Positions 15,651 to 24,525 are shown, counted from the stretch's first letter. The stretch is DNA of 32,000 bases from Edaphobacter aggregans (GCF_003945235.1 NZ_RSDW01000001.1:300001-332000), one strand, 5' to 3'. Program-made: numbers and translations. Notes: generated from the letters alone by a model not told the origin.

Positions 15651-16493
15651 ATGCCAGACCTTATCAGCAGCGACGTTTTGGAAAGACCGCAGGCCGAGGA
15701 AGCCGGAGCACCCGTCGTTGTCTTTGACGATGTCTCGATCAGCTTCGACGAGAAGCCCGTCCTCGAAAATATCTCATTTAGCGTCGCACGCGGAGAGACG
15801 AGGATCATCCTGGGACCGGCCGGTGGGGGCAAATCGGTCCTGATGAAGCTGGCCAACGGACTGCTACGGCCTGACTCAGGGACGATTCAGGTCTTCGGCG
15901 AGGATATTACGACCATGCGGGAGGTCGATCTATTCAAACTGCGAGCGCGCATTGGTATGGTCTTTCAGGAGTCTGCGCTATTCGATTCGCTCTCCGTCGA
16001 AGACAATGTTGCGTACCGGCTTCATGAAGAAGGGATGCCCGAAGAGGAAGCGCATGCGCGCGTTGTGGAGGCGCTGCAGTTTGTCGAACTGGAACAGGCG
16101 ATTGCGAAGTTTCCGCCTGAGCTCTCTGGAGGCATGCGCCGTCGCGTATCAATCGCACGGGCCATCATCACCAAGCCAGACCTGATCCTCTATGATTCTC
16201 CGACGGCAGGCCTTGATCCGATTACGTCAACAACCATTGTGGAGCTCGTGATCAAGCAGCGGGATGTCTCCCATACGACATCGCTGATGATTACACATAG
16301 GTTACAGGATGCGTTTCTTCTGGCCATGCACAGGTTCGACGAGAAGACGGGCAAGATTGAGCCGATCCCAAATGGTGGAATCGATGACAGTACAAAGTTC
16401 CTGGTGCTGAACGAGGGGAGGATCGTCTTCGACGGTACGACGCTGGAACTGGTTCGTACGGACGATGCATGGCTGAAGGAATATCTTGCCTGA
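15651..16493 (+). CDS. mlaF: MlaF-like ABC transporter ATP-binding protein with non-canonical Walker B (D-S-P)
   Basis: 280 aa. Motifs are Walker A GPAGGGKS, Q-loop MVFQES, signature LSGGMRRR, Walker B LILYDSP (Ser183 where the catalytic Glu is expected) and H-loop ITHRL. Starts 9 nt after mlaE. Confidence 0.85.
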   Translation: MPDLISSDVLERPQAEEAGAPVVVFDDVSISFDEKPVLENISFSVARGETRIILGPAGGGKSVLMKLANGLLRPDSGTIQVFGEDITTMREVDLFKLRARIGMVFQESALFDSLSVEDNVAYRLHEEGMPEEEAHARVVEALQFVELEQAIAKFPPELSGGMRRRVSIARAIITKPDLILYDSPTAGLDPITSTTIVELVIKQRDVSHTTSLMITHRLQDAFLLAMHRFDEKTGKIEPIPNGGIDDSTKFLVLNEGRIVFDGTTLELVRTDDAWLKEYLA

Positions 16494-16495
16494 GG

Positions 16496-17134
16496 CTATC
16501 GCTTACCTTGCTTCCATTCTTCAAACGAGATGCGTGGGATCGTCAGGAAAGAATCGCGAGTTTTGACGTAGGAACCCAGGCCGTTCATGCGACCGATGGC
16601 GTGAAGCTCTTCGGCACGTATGTAGGGGCCAGCAGGGTCGACGAACTTGTCCTCGATGTAGATGGAAACGACCCTCCCCAGGATGATGCGCGAGCGTCCG
16701 ATCTCCATGGTCGTGTACTCGCGGCACTCAAGTGCAGCGTGGGCCTGCTCGATGCGCGGCACCTTCACGACCTGTGAGGGCGCTGTGGTAAGGCCAGCCA
16801 CATCGAGTTCCTCAACATCTGAAGGAAAGTCCGTAGCACAGACGTTCATCTGGCGGGCCAGGTCTTCCGTCACGACATTGACCACGAACTCGCCCGTGCG
16901 GCGAATGTTACGCGCGGTGTCTTTGGGGACGAAACTCGCAGTGGGACGGTCAGTTACGCCTACACCGATGATCGGTGGATCCGTACAAAGATAGTTGTAA
17001 GCACTGAAGGGTGCGGCGTTCAAACGCCCATCCTCGCTCATGCTTGTGATCCATGCGATGGGCCTCGGCGCTACCAAACCGATCAGTAGATTGTAAGTTT
17101 GGCGATGTGTAGCTTCTTCCATGTTGAACTTCAT
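16496..17134 (-). CDS. Flavin reductase family protein (FMN-binding split barrel)
   Basis: 212 aa. LLIGLVAPRPIAWITSMSEDGRLNAAPFSAYN...PPIIGVGV is the characteristic flavin-reductase-like domain opening. Confidence 0.85.
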   Translation of the reverse strand: MKFNMEEATHRQTYNLLIGLVAPRPIAWITSMSEDGRLNAAPFSAYNYLCTDPPIIGVGVTDRPTASFVPKDTARNIRRTGEFVVNVVTEDLARQMNVCATDFPSDVEELDVAGLTTAPSQVVKVPRIEQAHAALECREYTTMEIGRSRIILGRVVSIYIEDKFVDPAGPYIRAEELHAIGRMNGLGSYVKTRDSFLTIPRISFEEWKQGKR

Positions 17135-17201
17135 GAACAGGCTCCATGGGCATTCGCTGGCTATCTTACCGAGGATTCGGTTCAGCTGGCATCGAGATTG
17201 T

Positions 17202-17603
17202 CTATTGTTTGGACGTGCTGGCCGGGACGGATACCGTGCTTGCGGGTGTCGTGGCAGGCATGGTGTAGATCACCTCACCCGGACGGGTGTAGTGCAACTC
17301 CTCACGGGCCTGGTGCTCGATCGCGTTAGGGTCGTTCTGCAGCCGATCGACATGCCCCTTGAGCAGCTCGTTTTCTCTTTGCAGATCGTGTAGCTGGCTG
17401 TCCAGCGTTCGCGCATCCTGGCGCTTCTGTTGGTACACGGTAAGTCCGTTCTGCCCGAAGATGACGTGATAGCCCATCGCAATCGCAAGGACAGCAGCCG
17501 CTCCGGTAGCGATCCTTCGCCAGCCGGCGTGGGCGCGGCCATACAGACGCACGATGGCGGAGGACCGACCTCCATCTGAGCGTGCTGTGATTGAACGTGA
17601 CAT
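17202..17603 (-). CDS. ftsB: Septum formation initiator family protein (FtsB/DivIC-like)
   Basis: A TM helix (IATGAAAVLAIAMGYHVIF) is followed by a coiled coil (LDSQLHDLQRENELLKGHVDRLQNDPNAIEHQAREELHYTRPGEVIY), the classic DivIC/FtsB pattern. The track ORF extends to 17711, but codons 1-36 have AT-rich third positions, so I prefer ATG 17603. The start is uncertain. Confidence 0.75.
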   Translation of the reverse strand: MSRSITARSDGGRSSAIVRLYGRAHAGWRRIATGAAAVLAIAMGYHVIFGQNGLTVYQQKRQDARTLDSQLHDLQRENELLKGHVDRLQNDPNAIEHQAREELHYTRPGEVIYTMPATTPASTVSVPASTSKQ

Positions 17604-17860
17604 TCCATTACAAGTGGAAATATCGCAGTGAGTACCGTCAAGTGGAAAACCTCCTTGCTCGGGACGCGAACCAAGTTCGTACTGATCTTCCATTCCTGAA
17701 AACTGCCCCACAAGAGTTATTGACGGTTATCTGTCATGCGTATTTTTCTGCTCTAAGTGTCGAGAAATCGCTCATTCTCTGGCAGAATCCTGCGCAAATT
17801 ACCGGTAGCGATCGAATAAAGTGCATAAGCCTTTGCACCTTGGTATCCTTCTCTAGACTC

Positions 17861-18307
17861 ATGCAGATTCTGTTTGCCATTTCGATTCTCTGTTTCATGG
17901 CCCTTCTGTGGGCAGGATTTGCAATTGCTCGCCATATTCGTCGCGGCCACGAACGCACTGAGGTACATACGTCATCGCGGCGCGACTTCGCCCAGCATCT
18001 CTATACGGCTGCAGAGGAAACACGCGTGCCCCGTGCTGTTCGTCATCAGTCAGTGCGCGATGTAACAGCCAGAAAGAGTTGGAACACTGCGGCGACTGCG
18101 GTTCAGATTCCGCCATCCTTCGATGAAGAACGTACCGGAACAATGGATGGCTGGCGCAAGTCGCCTCAGTCGTCGCAATCCCGTAGCCCTGAACGGTTAG
18201 ACTGGGTTTACTTCAACAAAGACGCTGGCGATCTCTCGGACCCGTACCAGCCCAGGCACGCTCGGGGAGCTTCGAGCACCCAGGCAACTTCAAACAGGCG
18301 CTACTAG
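17861..18307 (+). CDS. Hypothetical membrane-anchored protein (148 aa)
   Basis: Internal ATG of track ORF 17591..18307, whose 5' part overlaps ftsB and its upstream region. It has an N-terminal TM helix (MQILFAISILCFMALLWAGFAIA) and then a polar, Arg/Ser-rich, probably disordered region. No family recognised. Confidence 0.45.
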   Translation: MQILFAISILCFMALLWAGFAIARHIRRGHERTEVHTSSRRDFAQHLYTAAEETRVPRAVRHQSVRDVTARKSWNTAATAVQIPPSFDEERTGTMDGWRKSPQSSQSRSPERLDWVYFNKDAGDLSDPYQPRHARGASSTQATSNRRY

Positions 18308-18325
18308 CGCGAAAGGACCTGCTGC

Positions 18326-18922
18326 ATGCAATCCGCCATCTCTTCTCCCTCCGGTCTCGCGCACAGTTCAGCCTCTTTCCAGAAGACGCTGACTGGAAGA
18401 ATTATCCTTGCCGTTGCGGCCACTGGACTTGTCGCCGTGTGCGCGCATATTTCGCTGCCACTTCCCTTCACTCCCGTGCCGCTTACGCTCCAGACATTCG
18501 CCGTCATTCTTGTGGGCATGGCTCTGGGGCCTGTTGCCGGGTTCTCGGCGATGGTTCTGTATCTTGCTCAGGGTGCTACGGGTTTGCCGGTATTCACCCC
18601 GCATGGTCCAGGTGGCATTGCCCAATTGATGGGTCCGACGGCTGGTTTTCTTTTCTCTTATCCGTTGGCTGCGGCTTCTGCCGGGTGGGTTGTTCGCGCG
18701 CCAGGTAGTCGGGCATCGCGATTTACGCGAGCCGTATTTGCGGGCTGCGTGGCCAGCTTGTTCATCTTCGCGCTTGGCGCTGGTTGGCTGGCGAGCCTGC
18801 TCCACCTGAATGCATCAGCGACCTGGCATCTGGCAATCGCGCCCTTCCTTCCGGGCGAGGCGATCAAGATTACGGCAGCGGCCGGCATCTACAGTACATT
18901 CGAACGCTGGCGCCGCTCCTGA
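18326..18922 (+). CDS. bioY: Biotin transporter BioY (ECF S-component type)
   Basis: 198 aa. The typical BioY core is ISLPLPFTPVPLTLQTFAVILVGMALGPVAGFSAMVLYLAQGATGLPVF...GGIAQLMGPTAGFLFSYPLAA. An AAAGGA SD lies 8 nt upstream. Confidence 0.88.
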   Translation: MQSAISSPSGLAHSSASFQKTLTGRIILAVAATGLVAVCAHISLPLPFTPVPLTLQTFAVILVGMALGPVAGFSAMVLYLAQGATGLPVFTPHGPGGIAQLMGPTAGFLFSYPLAAASAGWVVRAPGSRASRFTRAVFAGCVASLFIFALGAGWLASLLHLNASATWHLAIAPFLPGEAIKITAAAGIYSTFERWRRS

Positions 18923-19022
18923 AACTAGGCCCCAAAGTATTTATCTCGCTACTCTCCGCGCCGGGCGATCAGATCCGGTTCAGCATTGAACACTTTCACC
19001 TCTCCCCAAGGATTACTGCATC

Positions 19023-19877
19023 ATGAGCACAACCAGCACCGCGATTCAAGAAATCAGCATTGCCCACAGCCCCGACTCCGATGACGCATTCATGTTCTAC
19101 GGACTCGCAACCAACAAGGTCCGTGTTCCAGGTTACAAGTTCACCCATACCCTGACCGATATTGAAACGCTGAATCAGCGAGCCATCAAAGAAGCCTTCT
19201 ATGACGTAACCGCGATCTCCTTCCACGCTTATCCCTACTTGCAGGACAAGTACACCTTGATGGCCTGCGGTGGGAGCGTCGGCGAGGGTTATGGGCCGAT
19301 GATCGTCGCCAGCCGTAAGCTATCGCTCGATGCTTTCAAGAAGACGAAAATTGCTGTTCCGGGGACTCTGACGACTGCATATTTGACGTTGAAGTTGTTC
19401 GCGCCAGAGATCGAAACGGCAGTCGTACCGTTCGATAAGATCATCCCGGCCGTTGTCGCGGGCGAGTATGATGCCGGACTCATCATCCATGAAGGACAGC
19501 TTACCTATGCAAAGGACGGCCTGGTAAAACTGCTGGATCTCGGCCAGTGGTGGAGAGAACAGACTGGCCTTCCGCTGCCTCTGGGCGGCAACGCAATCCG
19601 CCGATCGCTCGGAGCGGAGACGCTGCTGACGACGACCAATGCACTTCGCGACAGCATTCAGCATGCTCTCGACAACCGCGAAGAGGCGTTAGCCTATGCG
19701 ATGCAGTTCGCGCGTGATCTGGATACATCGCTCGCCAATCGCTTTGTGGGCATGTACGTAAACGAGCGCACGTTGAACTATGGACCCGACGGAAGAGAGG
19801 CCATCAAAAAGCTGCTTGACATGGGCTTTGAGCGCGGCATCATTCCGCACAAAGCGAATGTTGATTTTGTTGGCTAA
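19023..19877 (+). CDS. mqnD: MqnA/MqnD-family menaquinone (futalosine pathway) protein, MqnD-like (1,4-dihydroxy-6-naphthoate synthase)
   Basis: 284 aa. HSPDSDDAFMFYGL...DIETLNQRA...ISFHAYPYLQDKYTLMACGGSVGEGYGPMIVA parallels the MqnD pattern as I remember it (SPCPNDTFIFYAL...DVETLN...GGALGRGVGPLVVA). The subfamily assignment is less certain than the family. Confidence 0.7.
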   Translation: MSTTSTAIQEISIAHSPDSDDAFMFYGLATNKVRVPGYKFTHTLTDIETLNQRAIKEAFYDVTAISFHAYPYLQDKYTLMACGGSVGEGYGPMIVASRKLSLDAFKKTKIAVPGTLTTAYLTLKLFAPEIETAVVPFDKIIPAVVAGEYDAGLIIHEGQLTYAKDGLVKLLDLGQWWREQTGLPLPLGGNAIRRSLGAETLLTTTNALRDSIQHALDNREEALAYAMQFARDLDTSLANRFVGMYVNERTLNYGPDGREAIKKLLDMGFERGIIPHKANVDFVG

Positions 19878-19880
19878 GAA

Positions 19881-19924
19881 ACAGCTTGCAGCGCACCTGT
19901 AACGCTGCAAGCTGTGTTATTCTT
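19881..19924 (+). terminator. Rho-independent terminator after the mqnD-like gene
   Basis: Perfect 13-bp stem ACAGCTTGCAGCG (19881-93) / CGCTGCAAGCTGT (19903-15) with a 9-nt loop, followed by the U-rich tail GTTATTCTT. Confidence 0.75.
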
Positions 19925-19995
19925 GAATAGTCGATTGATTGCAGTCAGGCTGGTTTCAAAGGCGTGTCATAGCTCTCGATGACTTCTCAAAACCT

Positions 19996-20071
19996 GGACG
20001 CGTAGCTCAGCTGGTAGAGCATTCGACTCTTAATCGACTGGTCGTAGGTTCGATCCCTACCGCGTCCACCA
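19996..20071 (+). tRNA. tRNA-Lys (anticodon CUU), CCA encoded
   Basis: GGACGCG-TA-GCTC-AGCTGGTA-GAGC-A-TTCGA-CTCTTAA-TCGAC-TGGTC-GTAGG-TTCGATC-CCTAC-CGCGTCC-A-CCA. The anticodon loop CT-CTT-AA gives CUU. Confidence 0.9.
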
Positions 20072-20151
20072 TTTACCCAGATAGATCACCTTTCGTGTCG
20101 TGCGCCTTTCACTTGTAGGGAATGCCATCTGGTTAATTTTTGATGACATCC

Positions 20152-23100
20152 CTAGAACTGGAACCGAGCCGACACCTGCATACGCCGATACTGCGTCAGC
20201 GTCGCGCTATAAACACCCATCTGAGGCCCGTCGGTTGATCCGGTATCAAGTGAGTGCACATCGAACCGTGTGCTATTCGTCAAATTAAACACCTCACCCG
20301 CCAGATTTAACAGATAGCGATCGCCAAAATGAAACCCTTTATGCAGTCCCAGGTCGACATCAAAGTACCCGTCGCCACGGAACTGGTTCCTCTGGCCCGC
20401 CTCGCCAGGATAAGGACTGCGCATGTTGGCAGCTGCAGCAATAGGATCGTCGAACGCCTGTGGACTGCCGTTTGCATCTTGATGTTTCCGCATCTTGATC
20501 GGGCCGGTCTGCACCATGTTGCTCTGCCACTCCCAGTTTGTCGACCATCCAAGGCCATCGGAGATACCGAACGGCAGCCCGCTGGATACGCGCGCAATTC
20601 CTGCAAGGTTCCAGTTGCCGATCAGCGCATCCACAAGATGGCTCACATTGCCACCATAATGCTGTCCACGGCCGAACGGCATCAGCCATACCCAATCGGC
20701 CGTCAACAGATGTGCGGTGTCAAAATCCGACACAGCGTAATTTTTACGGGGATTCCATGCGTCCAGAATCATGCCGAAGTTCGCTGCGGCTCCACTTGGA
20801 AGGAATACGTTGGTCGGATTGCTCTCTGAGTCAGAACCTAAGTCGAGCGACTTCGAATAAGTGTAGCTCAAATCGATCTGCACATTGTGCGCCATTGGAT
20901 GACGAAGAACGAACTGGCCCGCGTGATACGAACTCGTCCCGTTGGACGAGGTCACATACAGCGAGGAGTACTGTAGCGGCCAGAAGCGTCCAGGTCCATT
21001 GGGGCAGCCCATGGTGCACGCAATATCAAGATCGTACAAAGCTGCTGTCTCGTTTCCACGGGCAAACACCCACTCGTTGTCGTAGATGTTCTGCGTCGCA
21101 GAAGAGCCTACCGGTCCGCCGCCAGACGGTCCCGCTGCCCCCGGAAAGAGGTTCTCCCAATAAGGGATCGTCGGCACGTCAGTACGTCCCTGATCGACGA
21201 ACTGCGACATCATCGTTCCGGCGGTGTAGTAGTCCATGCCGGATTTTGGGTCCACCAGATCGAGAGGCTGGGCAAGATCGATCGATTGGAGGAGGTGTCT
21301 GCCCAGCCGGCCAACATAATTGGCTTCAAGTGTGAACCCGCCAGGAAGTTCGCGCTGGAAGGAAAGATTGAAGACATGCGAGTACGGCGTCTGCAGATGA
21401 TCGTCCAGGCCGTATGTGATCGCAAACCCCGTACCGCTAGGATCGTTGGAAGGCGTCTGCGGATATCCGATACTCGATGGCGCGGAAGGAACCAAATTAG
21501 GAAGATTATGCAGCCCGGTAAAGCGCGGCGTCGTGTCTGCCGTCTGGACGCTCGCGGGGTTAGTAATCGAACTCGACAGCGAGAACGATCCTGACTTGCT
21601 GTAGTTCGTCACCAGGCCCTGCCCGTAGTGATCGTAGTACATGCCATAGCCGACGCGGATCGAACTCCTTCCAGCTCCGCCCAGCAGTTTGTTCAACCAC
21701 GTGCCTCCCTCAGGCGCGGGCGCAAACGCGATGGCAAGGCGCGGTGCGATATTGTGCCAGTTCATCGGATAGAAGGGCTTGGCGCCGCGTGCCTGGCCAG
21801 AGGGCGCAAATGAGATATCCGGCTGTACGCTGTTGCCGACCGCTGCCTGTTGGCCACGCGTTAGAAACCATTGGTGCATATCGATCGTCGGCTGGACCTG
21901 CTGTCCGTTCGTCTCGTATGGCGTCTGCAAAATGGTGTGGCGAAGGCCTGCAGTAAGCGTCAGGTTCGGCAATGGACGAAAGGCGTCCTGCACGTAATAC
22001 TCAAACTCATTCGAACGGAAGCTGCGATCCACCGGCACTCCAACCCCAAGTAGCGTTCCCGTCGTGCCATCGGCAGAGAGCTTGTAGTTGAAGTTTGCCG
22101 TCTCCTCGTTTGTCAACCCGGCGAGCATGCTGACCGCAAGGTTGTAGTTGGTCCCGAAACCATCCGATACGTTGGGGAAACCGAATGCAGCAGGATCGAA
22201 GCTGCCACCGATCCCGGCGAAACCAGATTCCAGCATCCACGCATAATTCGCGGACGCGCCCGAATAGGAGTTAGCGTTCGTAGTGTTCTGATATGTGAAC
22301 CGTCGATAGTTCACACCCACCTGCACCGTATGCCGGCCCCTTGTCCAGGTGTAGTCGTCGAGGATGTTGTGTGTCGGCACGATCGTCGCACTGCTGCGCG
22401 TCCTTGCCTCAGGCGTATCCAGCGATCGGAAGGTGACATACTGCCCGTTGCCAGCGCCTGTCGATGCAATGCTCTGGCGAATGAATCCATACCGCAGGTT
22501 GTTCACAATGTTCGCGGTTGGCGTCCAGGTGTAGTTGGCAGAGATGCCCTTCGAATTGTCCGTGTCTTTTTGGCTCGCCGGCTGACCTGGATAATAGGGA
22601 GCAAACGAATCGGCGTCGTTCTGCATGCTCGCTCGAACATAGATCCGGTGCTTCTCGTTGATGTTGTAATCCAGCCGCGCGATGTAGACATTCTGTATCT
22701 CCGGCACCGAAGCAGCGAAGCTATACGAGCCGGTGTTAAGACCATCGCCTTCTGTAAACCCATTGCTATGTGGGTACAACTGGAACAGCGCGATGGAGTT
22801 CGGGTTGACACCGGGGCCCCATGGGCAGGTTCCATTGGCGAAGCAGTTGGGATCCATGCTCGCAAACTGGCTCGGCGTCAGCGTCACATTGCTTCCATCG
22901 TCAGCCGTGTACATCAGGTTTCCCGCTCGTAATGAATCCGTCGGAACCGTTCGAACCGTAGGCGCCGCTTCGTTCTGCCGGTTGCCCTCATAGTTTCCAA
23001 ACAGGAATATCTTGTCTTTCTTCAGCGGGCCGCCCAGCGAAATTCCATAGGTGTTACGGATCAGGTGGCCCGGCGTATTCGGCAACCCGGAGTTGATCTG

Positions 23101-23910
23101 CGCCGCCTTGTTGAACCAGTCGTTCGCAACGCCAAGATTGCTGCGGTTATACCAATACGTCGACCCATGGATCTGGTTTGTTCCGGACTTCGTCACCAGA
23201 TTCACTTGTCCCCCCGAAGACCGTCCGGTATCAGCGTTCGAGCTTGAGGTCGTCACGCGAAACTGCTCCGTCGCGTCCAGGCTGTTGCGAAGAACACCGC
23301 TGAAGGCCGCAGGATTCACCTGATTGTTGTTATCCACGCCGTCCAACGTAATATTCGTCTGGTCGGATCGCGCTCCACTCACAACACCGTTCCGGCTCTC
23401 TGTCGACTGCGTGTTGCTTCCGATGAACAGAACGCCCGGTTGCAGCGCGAGCAGAGTCTGCGGATTGCGGCCCTCGCTTGGCAGCTGCATGATTGTCTCA
23501 TTGTTGATCGCGTTGCCGATCGTAGCGTCTGTCGTATTGATCGTTTCCGTCGCAGCTGAGACATCCACCGACACCACATCTGCACTCACCTGCAGCTTCA
23601 TGTTCACCGTCGCAGGCTGAGCTACCAGCAGTTGCGCAGTCGTGGTGAACTTACCGAACCCTGGAGCCGTCGCGGTAATCGTATATGTGCCAGGCGCAAT
23701 CTGCTGAAGGGAGTACTCTCCCTGAGAGTTCGTCACCGCATCGACCCTGACCCCATTCGCTGCGTTCACGATAACGACCGAAGCCCCGGGAATCGCAGCT
23801 CCCGCCGGGTCGGTCACAAGTCCCCGCAACGAGGTGCTGGCGTTCTGGCCAAAACCTGCGTACGAAAGACACAAAACTACAAGAACGAGGGAATATCGAA
23901 GAAGTCGCAC
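20152..23910 (-). CDS. TonB-dependent outer-membrane receptor with N-terminal carboxypeptidase-regulatory-like domain
   Basis: 1252 aa with a GTG start and signal peptide (LVLVVLCLSYAGFGQ). The CarboxypepD_reg-like region is LRGLVTDPAGAAIPGASVVIVNAANGVRVDAVTNSQGEYSLQQIAPGTYTITATAPGF, and the plug-like region is IMQLPSEGRNPQTLLALQPGV. A long beta-rich barrel ends in a terminal aromatic residue (ARFQF). Confidence 0.88.
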   Translation of the reverse strand: MRLLRYSLVLVVLCLSYAGFGQNASTSLRGLVTDPAGAAIPGASVVIVNAANGVRVDAVTNSQGEYSLQQIAPGTYTITATAPGFGKFTTTAQLLVAQPATVNMKLQVSADVVSVDVSAATETINTTDATIGNAINNETIMQLPSEGRNPQTLLALQPGVLFIGSNTQSTESRNGVVSGARSDQTNITLDGVDNNNQVNPAAFSGVLRNSLDATEQFRVTTSSSNADTGRSSGGQVNLVTKSGTNQIHGSTYWYNRSNLGVANDWFNKAAQINSGLPNTPGHLIRNTYGISLGGPLKKDKIFLFGNYEGNRQNEAAPTVRTVPTDSLRAGNLMYTADDGSNVTLTPSQFASMDPNCFANGTCPWGPGVNPNSIALFQLYPHSNGFTEGDGLNTGSYSFAASVPEIQNVYIARLDYNINEKHRIYVRASMQNDADSFAPYYPGQPASQKDTDNSKGISANYTWTPTANIVNNLRYGFIRQSIASTGAGNGQYVTFRSLDTPEARTRSSATIVPTHNILDDYTWTRGRHTVQVGVNYRRFTYQNTTNANSYSGASANYAWMLESGFAGIGGSFDPAAFGFPNVSDGFGTNYNLAVSMLAGLTNEETANFNYKLSADGTTGTLLGVGVPVDRSFRSNEFEYYVQDAFRPLPNLTLTAGLRHTILQTPYETNGQQVQPTIDMHQWFLTRGQQAAVGNSVQPDISFAPSGQARGAKPFYPMNWHNIAPRLAIAFAPAPEGGTWLNKLLGGAGRSSIRVGYGMYYDHYGQGLVTNYSKSGSFSLSSSITNPASVQTADTTPRFTGLHNLPNLVPSAPSSIGYPQTPSNDPSGTGFAITYGLDDHLQTPYSHVFNLSFQRELPGGFTLEANYVGRLGRHLLQSIDLAQPLDLVDPKSGMDYYTAGTMMSQFVDQGRTDVPTIPYWENLFPGAAGPSGGGPVGSSATQNIYDNEWVFARGNETAALYDLDIACTMGCPNGPGRFWPLQYSSLYVTSSNGTSSYHAGQFVLRHPMAHNVQIDLSYTYSKSLDLGSDSESNPTNVFLPSGAAANFGMILDAWNPRKNYAVSDFDTAHLLTADWVWLMPFGRGQHYGGNVSHLVDALIGNWNLAGIARVSSGLPFGISDGLGWSTNWEWQSNMVQTGPIKMRKHQDANGSPQAFDDPIAAAANMRSPYPGEAGQRNQFRGDGYFDVDLGLHKGFHFGDRYLLNLAGEVFNLTNSTRFDVHSLDTGSTDGPQMGVYSATLTQYRRMQVSARFQF

Positions 23911-23924
23911 GTGGCCTCGCGAGA

Positions 23925-23935
23925 AATGCGATTAC
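23925..23935. repeat. 11-mer AATGCGATTAC, copy 1 (15-25 nt upstream of the TBDR start codon)
   Basis: Exact repeat of 24609..24619. Both copies lie on the + strand, so they are in opposite orientation relative to the two divergent genes. Function unknown. Confidence 0.5.
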
Positions 23936-23944
23936 ACCAACGCC

Positions 23945-23956
23945 GTTCGCGCGAAC
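23945..23956. repeat. Perfect 12-bp palindrome GTTCGCGCGAAC in the TBDR leader
   Basis: Self-complementary by inspection. It shares the half-sites GTTCG/CGAAC(C) with the inverted repeat at 24600..24626. Confidence 0.5.
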
Positions 23957-24525
23957 CTGAGAAGTCTGGATCGTGCGTATATTTTTACCAAGCAGAACTG
24001 GAAAGGCTCTCAGAAATAGCGTGGCGTGCACCTAATATGTCAGAGGCGTTACATTCAGGCAACAAAAAACGTCTTCCTGCCCCAGTTTTAGTGCAATTCG
24101 TCCCAGATCTGGTGATACAGAAATTCAAGCATCGAATCGGTTCATCAGTAACGAGATCTCCTCGGGTGGTTTCTATACAGCACGCTTCGATTGCCGGCCG
24201 ATCGAGCAGATCTATCCCTCGCAACAACCGATAGGCCCTACGGCACAATCGAAGTCGTTGCCGTATTGATTCAAAATTCGCGACAACAAACAGACAAGTG
24301 AAGAGGAGATCAATGGTCTCCGGCGCCCATAAGAGCCATCCTAAAATGTGCCGGAACCATCTATAGAACGGTGTTGGTATTGGATCTTCCGTGTCCCGTG
24401 GATCATCTTTTGCAGCGCTAACGGTGTCATAAACCCCGACAAACTTATGTAATAAAGCGGAAGCGTTTCGAGGTAATTTATGCGATTTCTGAATCTTTCA
24501 AATAGGCTGCCGCGTCTAAAAGTCC

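Noticed and set aside
17270-17713. AAGGAGG motif inside the upstream part of the ftsB ORF, followed by a TTG that opens the alternative-frame ORF 17270..17713.
   Set aside because: That frame gives a Cys/Pro/Arg-rich nonsense peptide, while the other frame carries an unmistakable FtsB/DivIC TM plus coiled coil. The SD-like motif is probably incidental, so it was used only as a caution about the ftsB start.
17591-17860. 5' part of the 238-aa plus-strand ORF 17591..18307.
   Set aside because: It overlaps the ftsB-like gene and its upstream region, and is AT-rich with no coding signal. A hydrophobic signal-anchor begins only at ATG 17861, so I kept only 17861..18307, and that with modest confidence.
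23632-24248. ORFs 23632..24234 (+, 200 aa), 23985..24248 (-, 87 aa) and 23651..24031 (-, 126 aa) in or around the long intergenic region.
   Set aside because: They overlap the TBDR 5' end or each other, have no SD or recognisable domains, and are low-complexity (Arg/Ser/Cys-rich). The region's AT-rich composition is unlike coding DNA here.
23911-24250. Possible riboswitch (e.g. cobalamin) or other leader RNA upstream of the TonB-dependent receptor.
   Set aside because: I reverse-complemented the 340 nt upstream of the GTG start and found no B12-box-like sequence or other riboswitch core I recognise. Only the short palindrome and 11-mer are reported, as findings.
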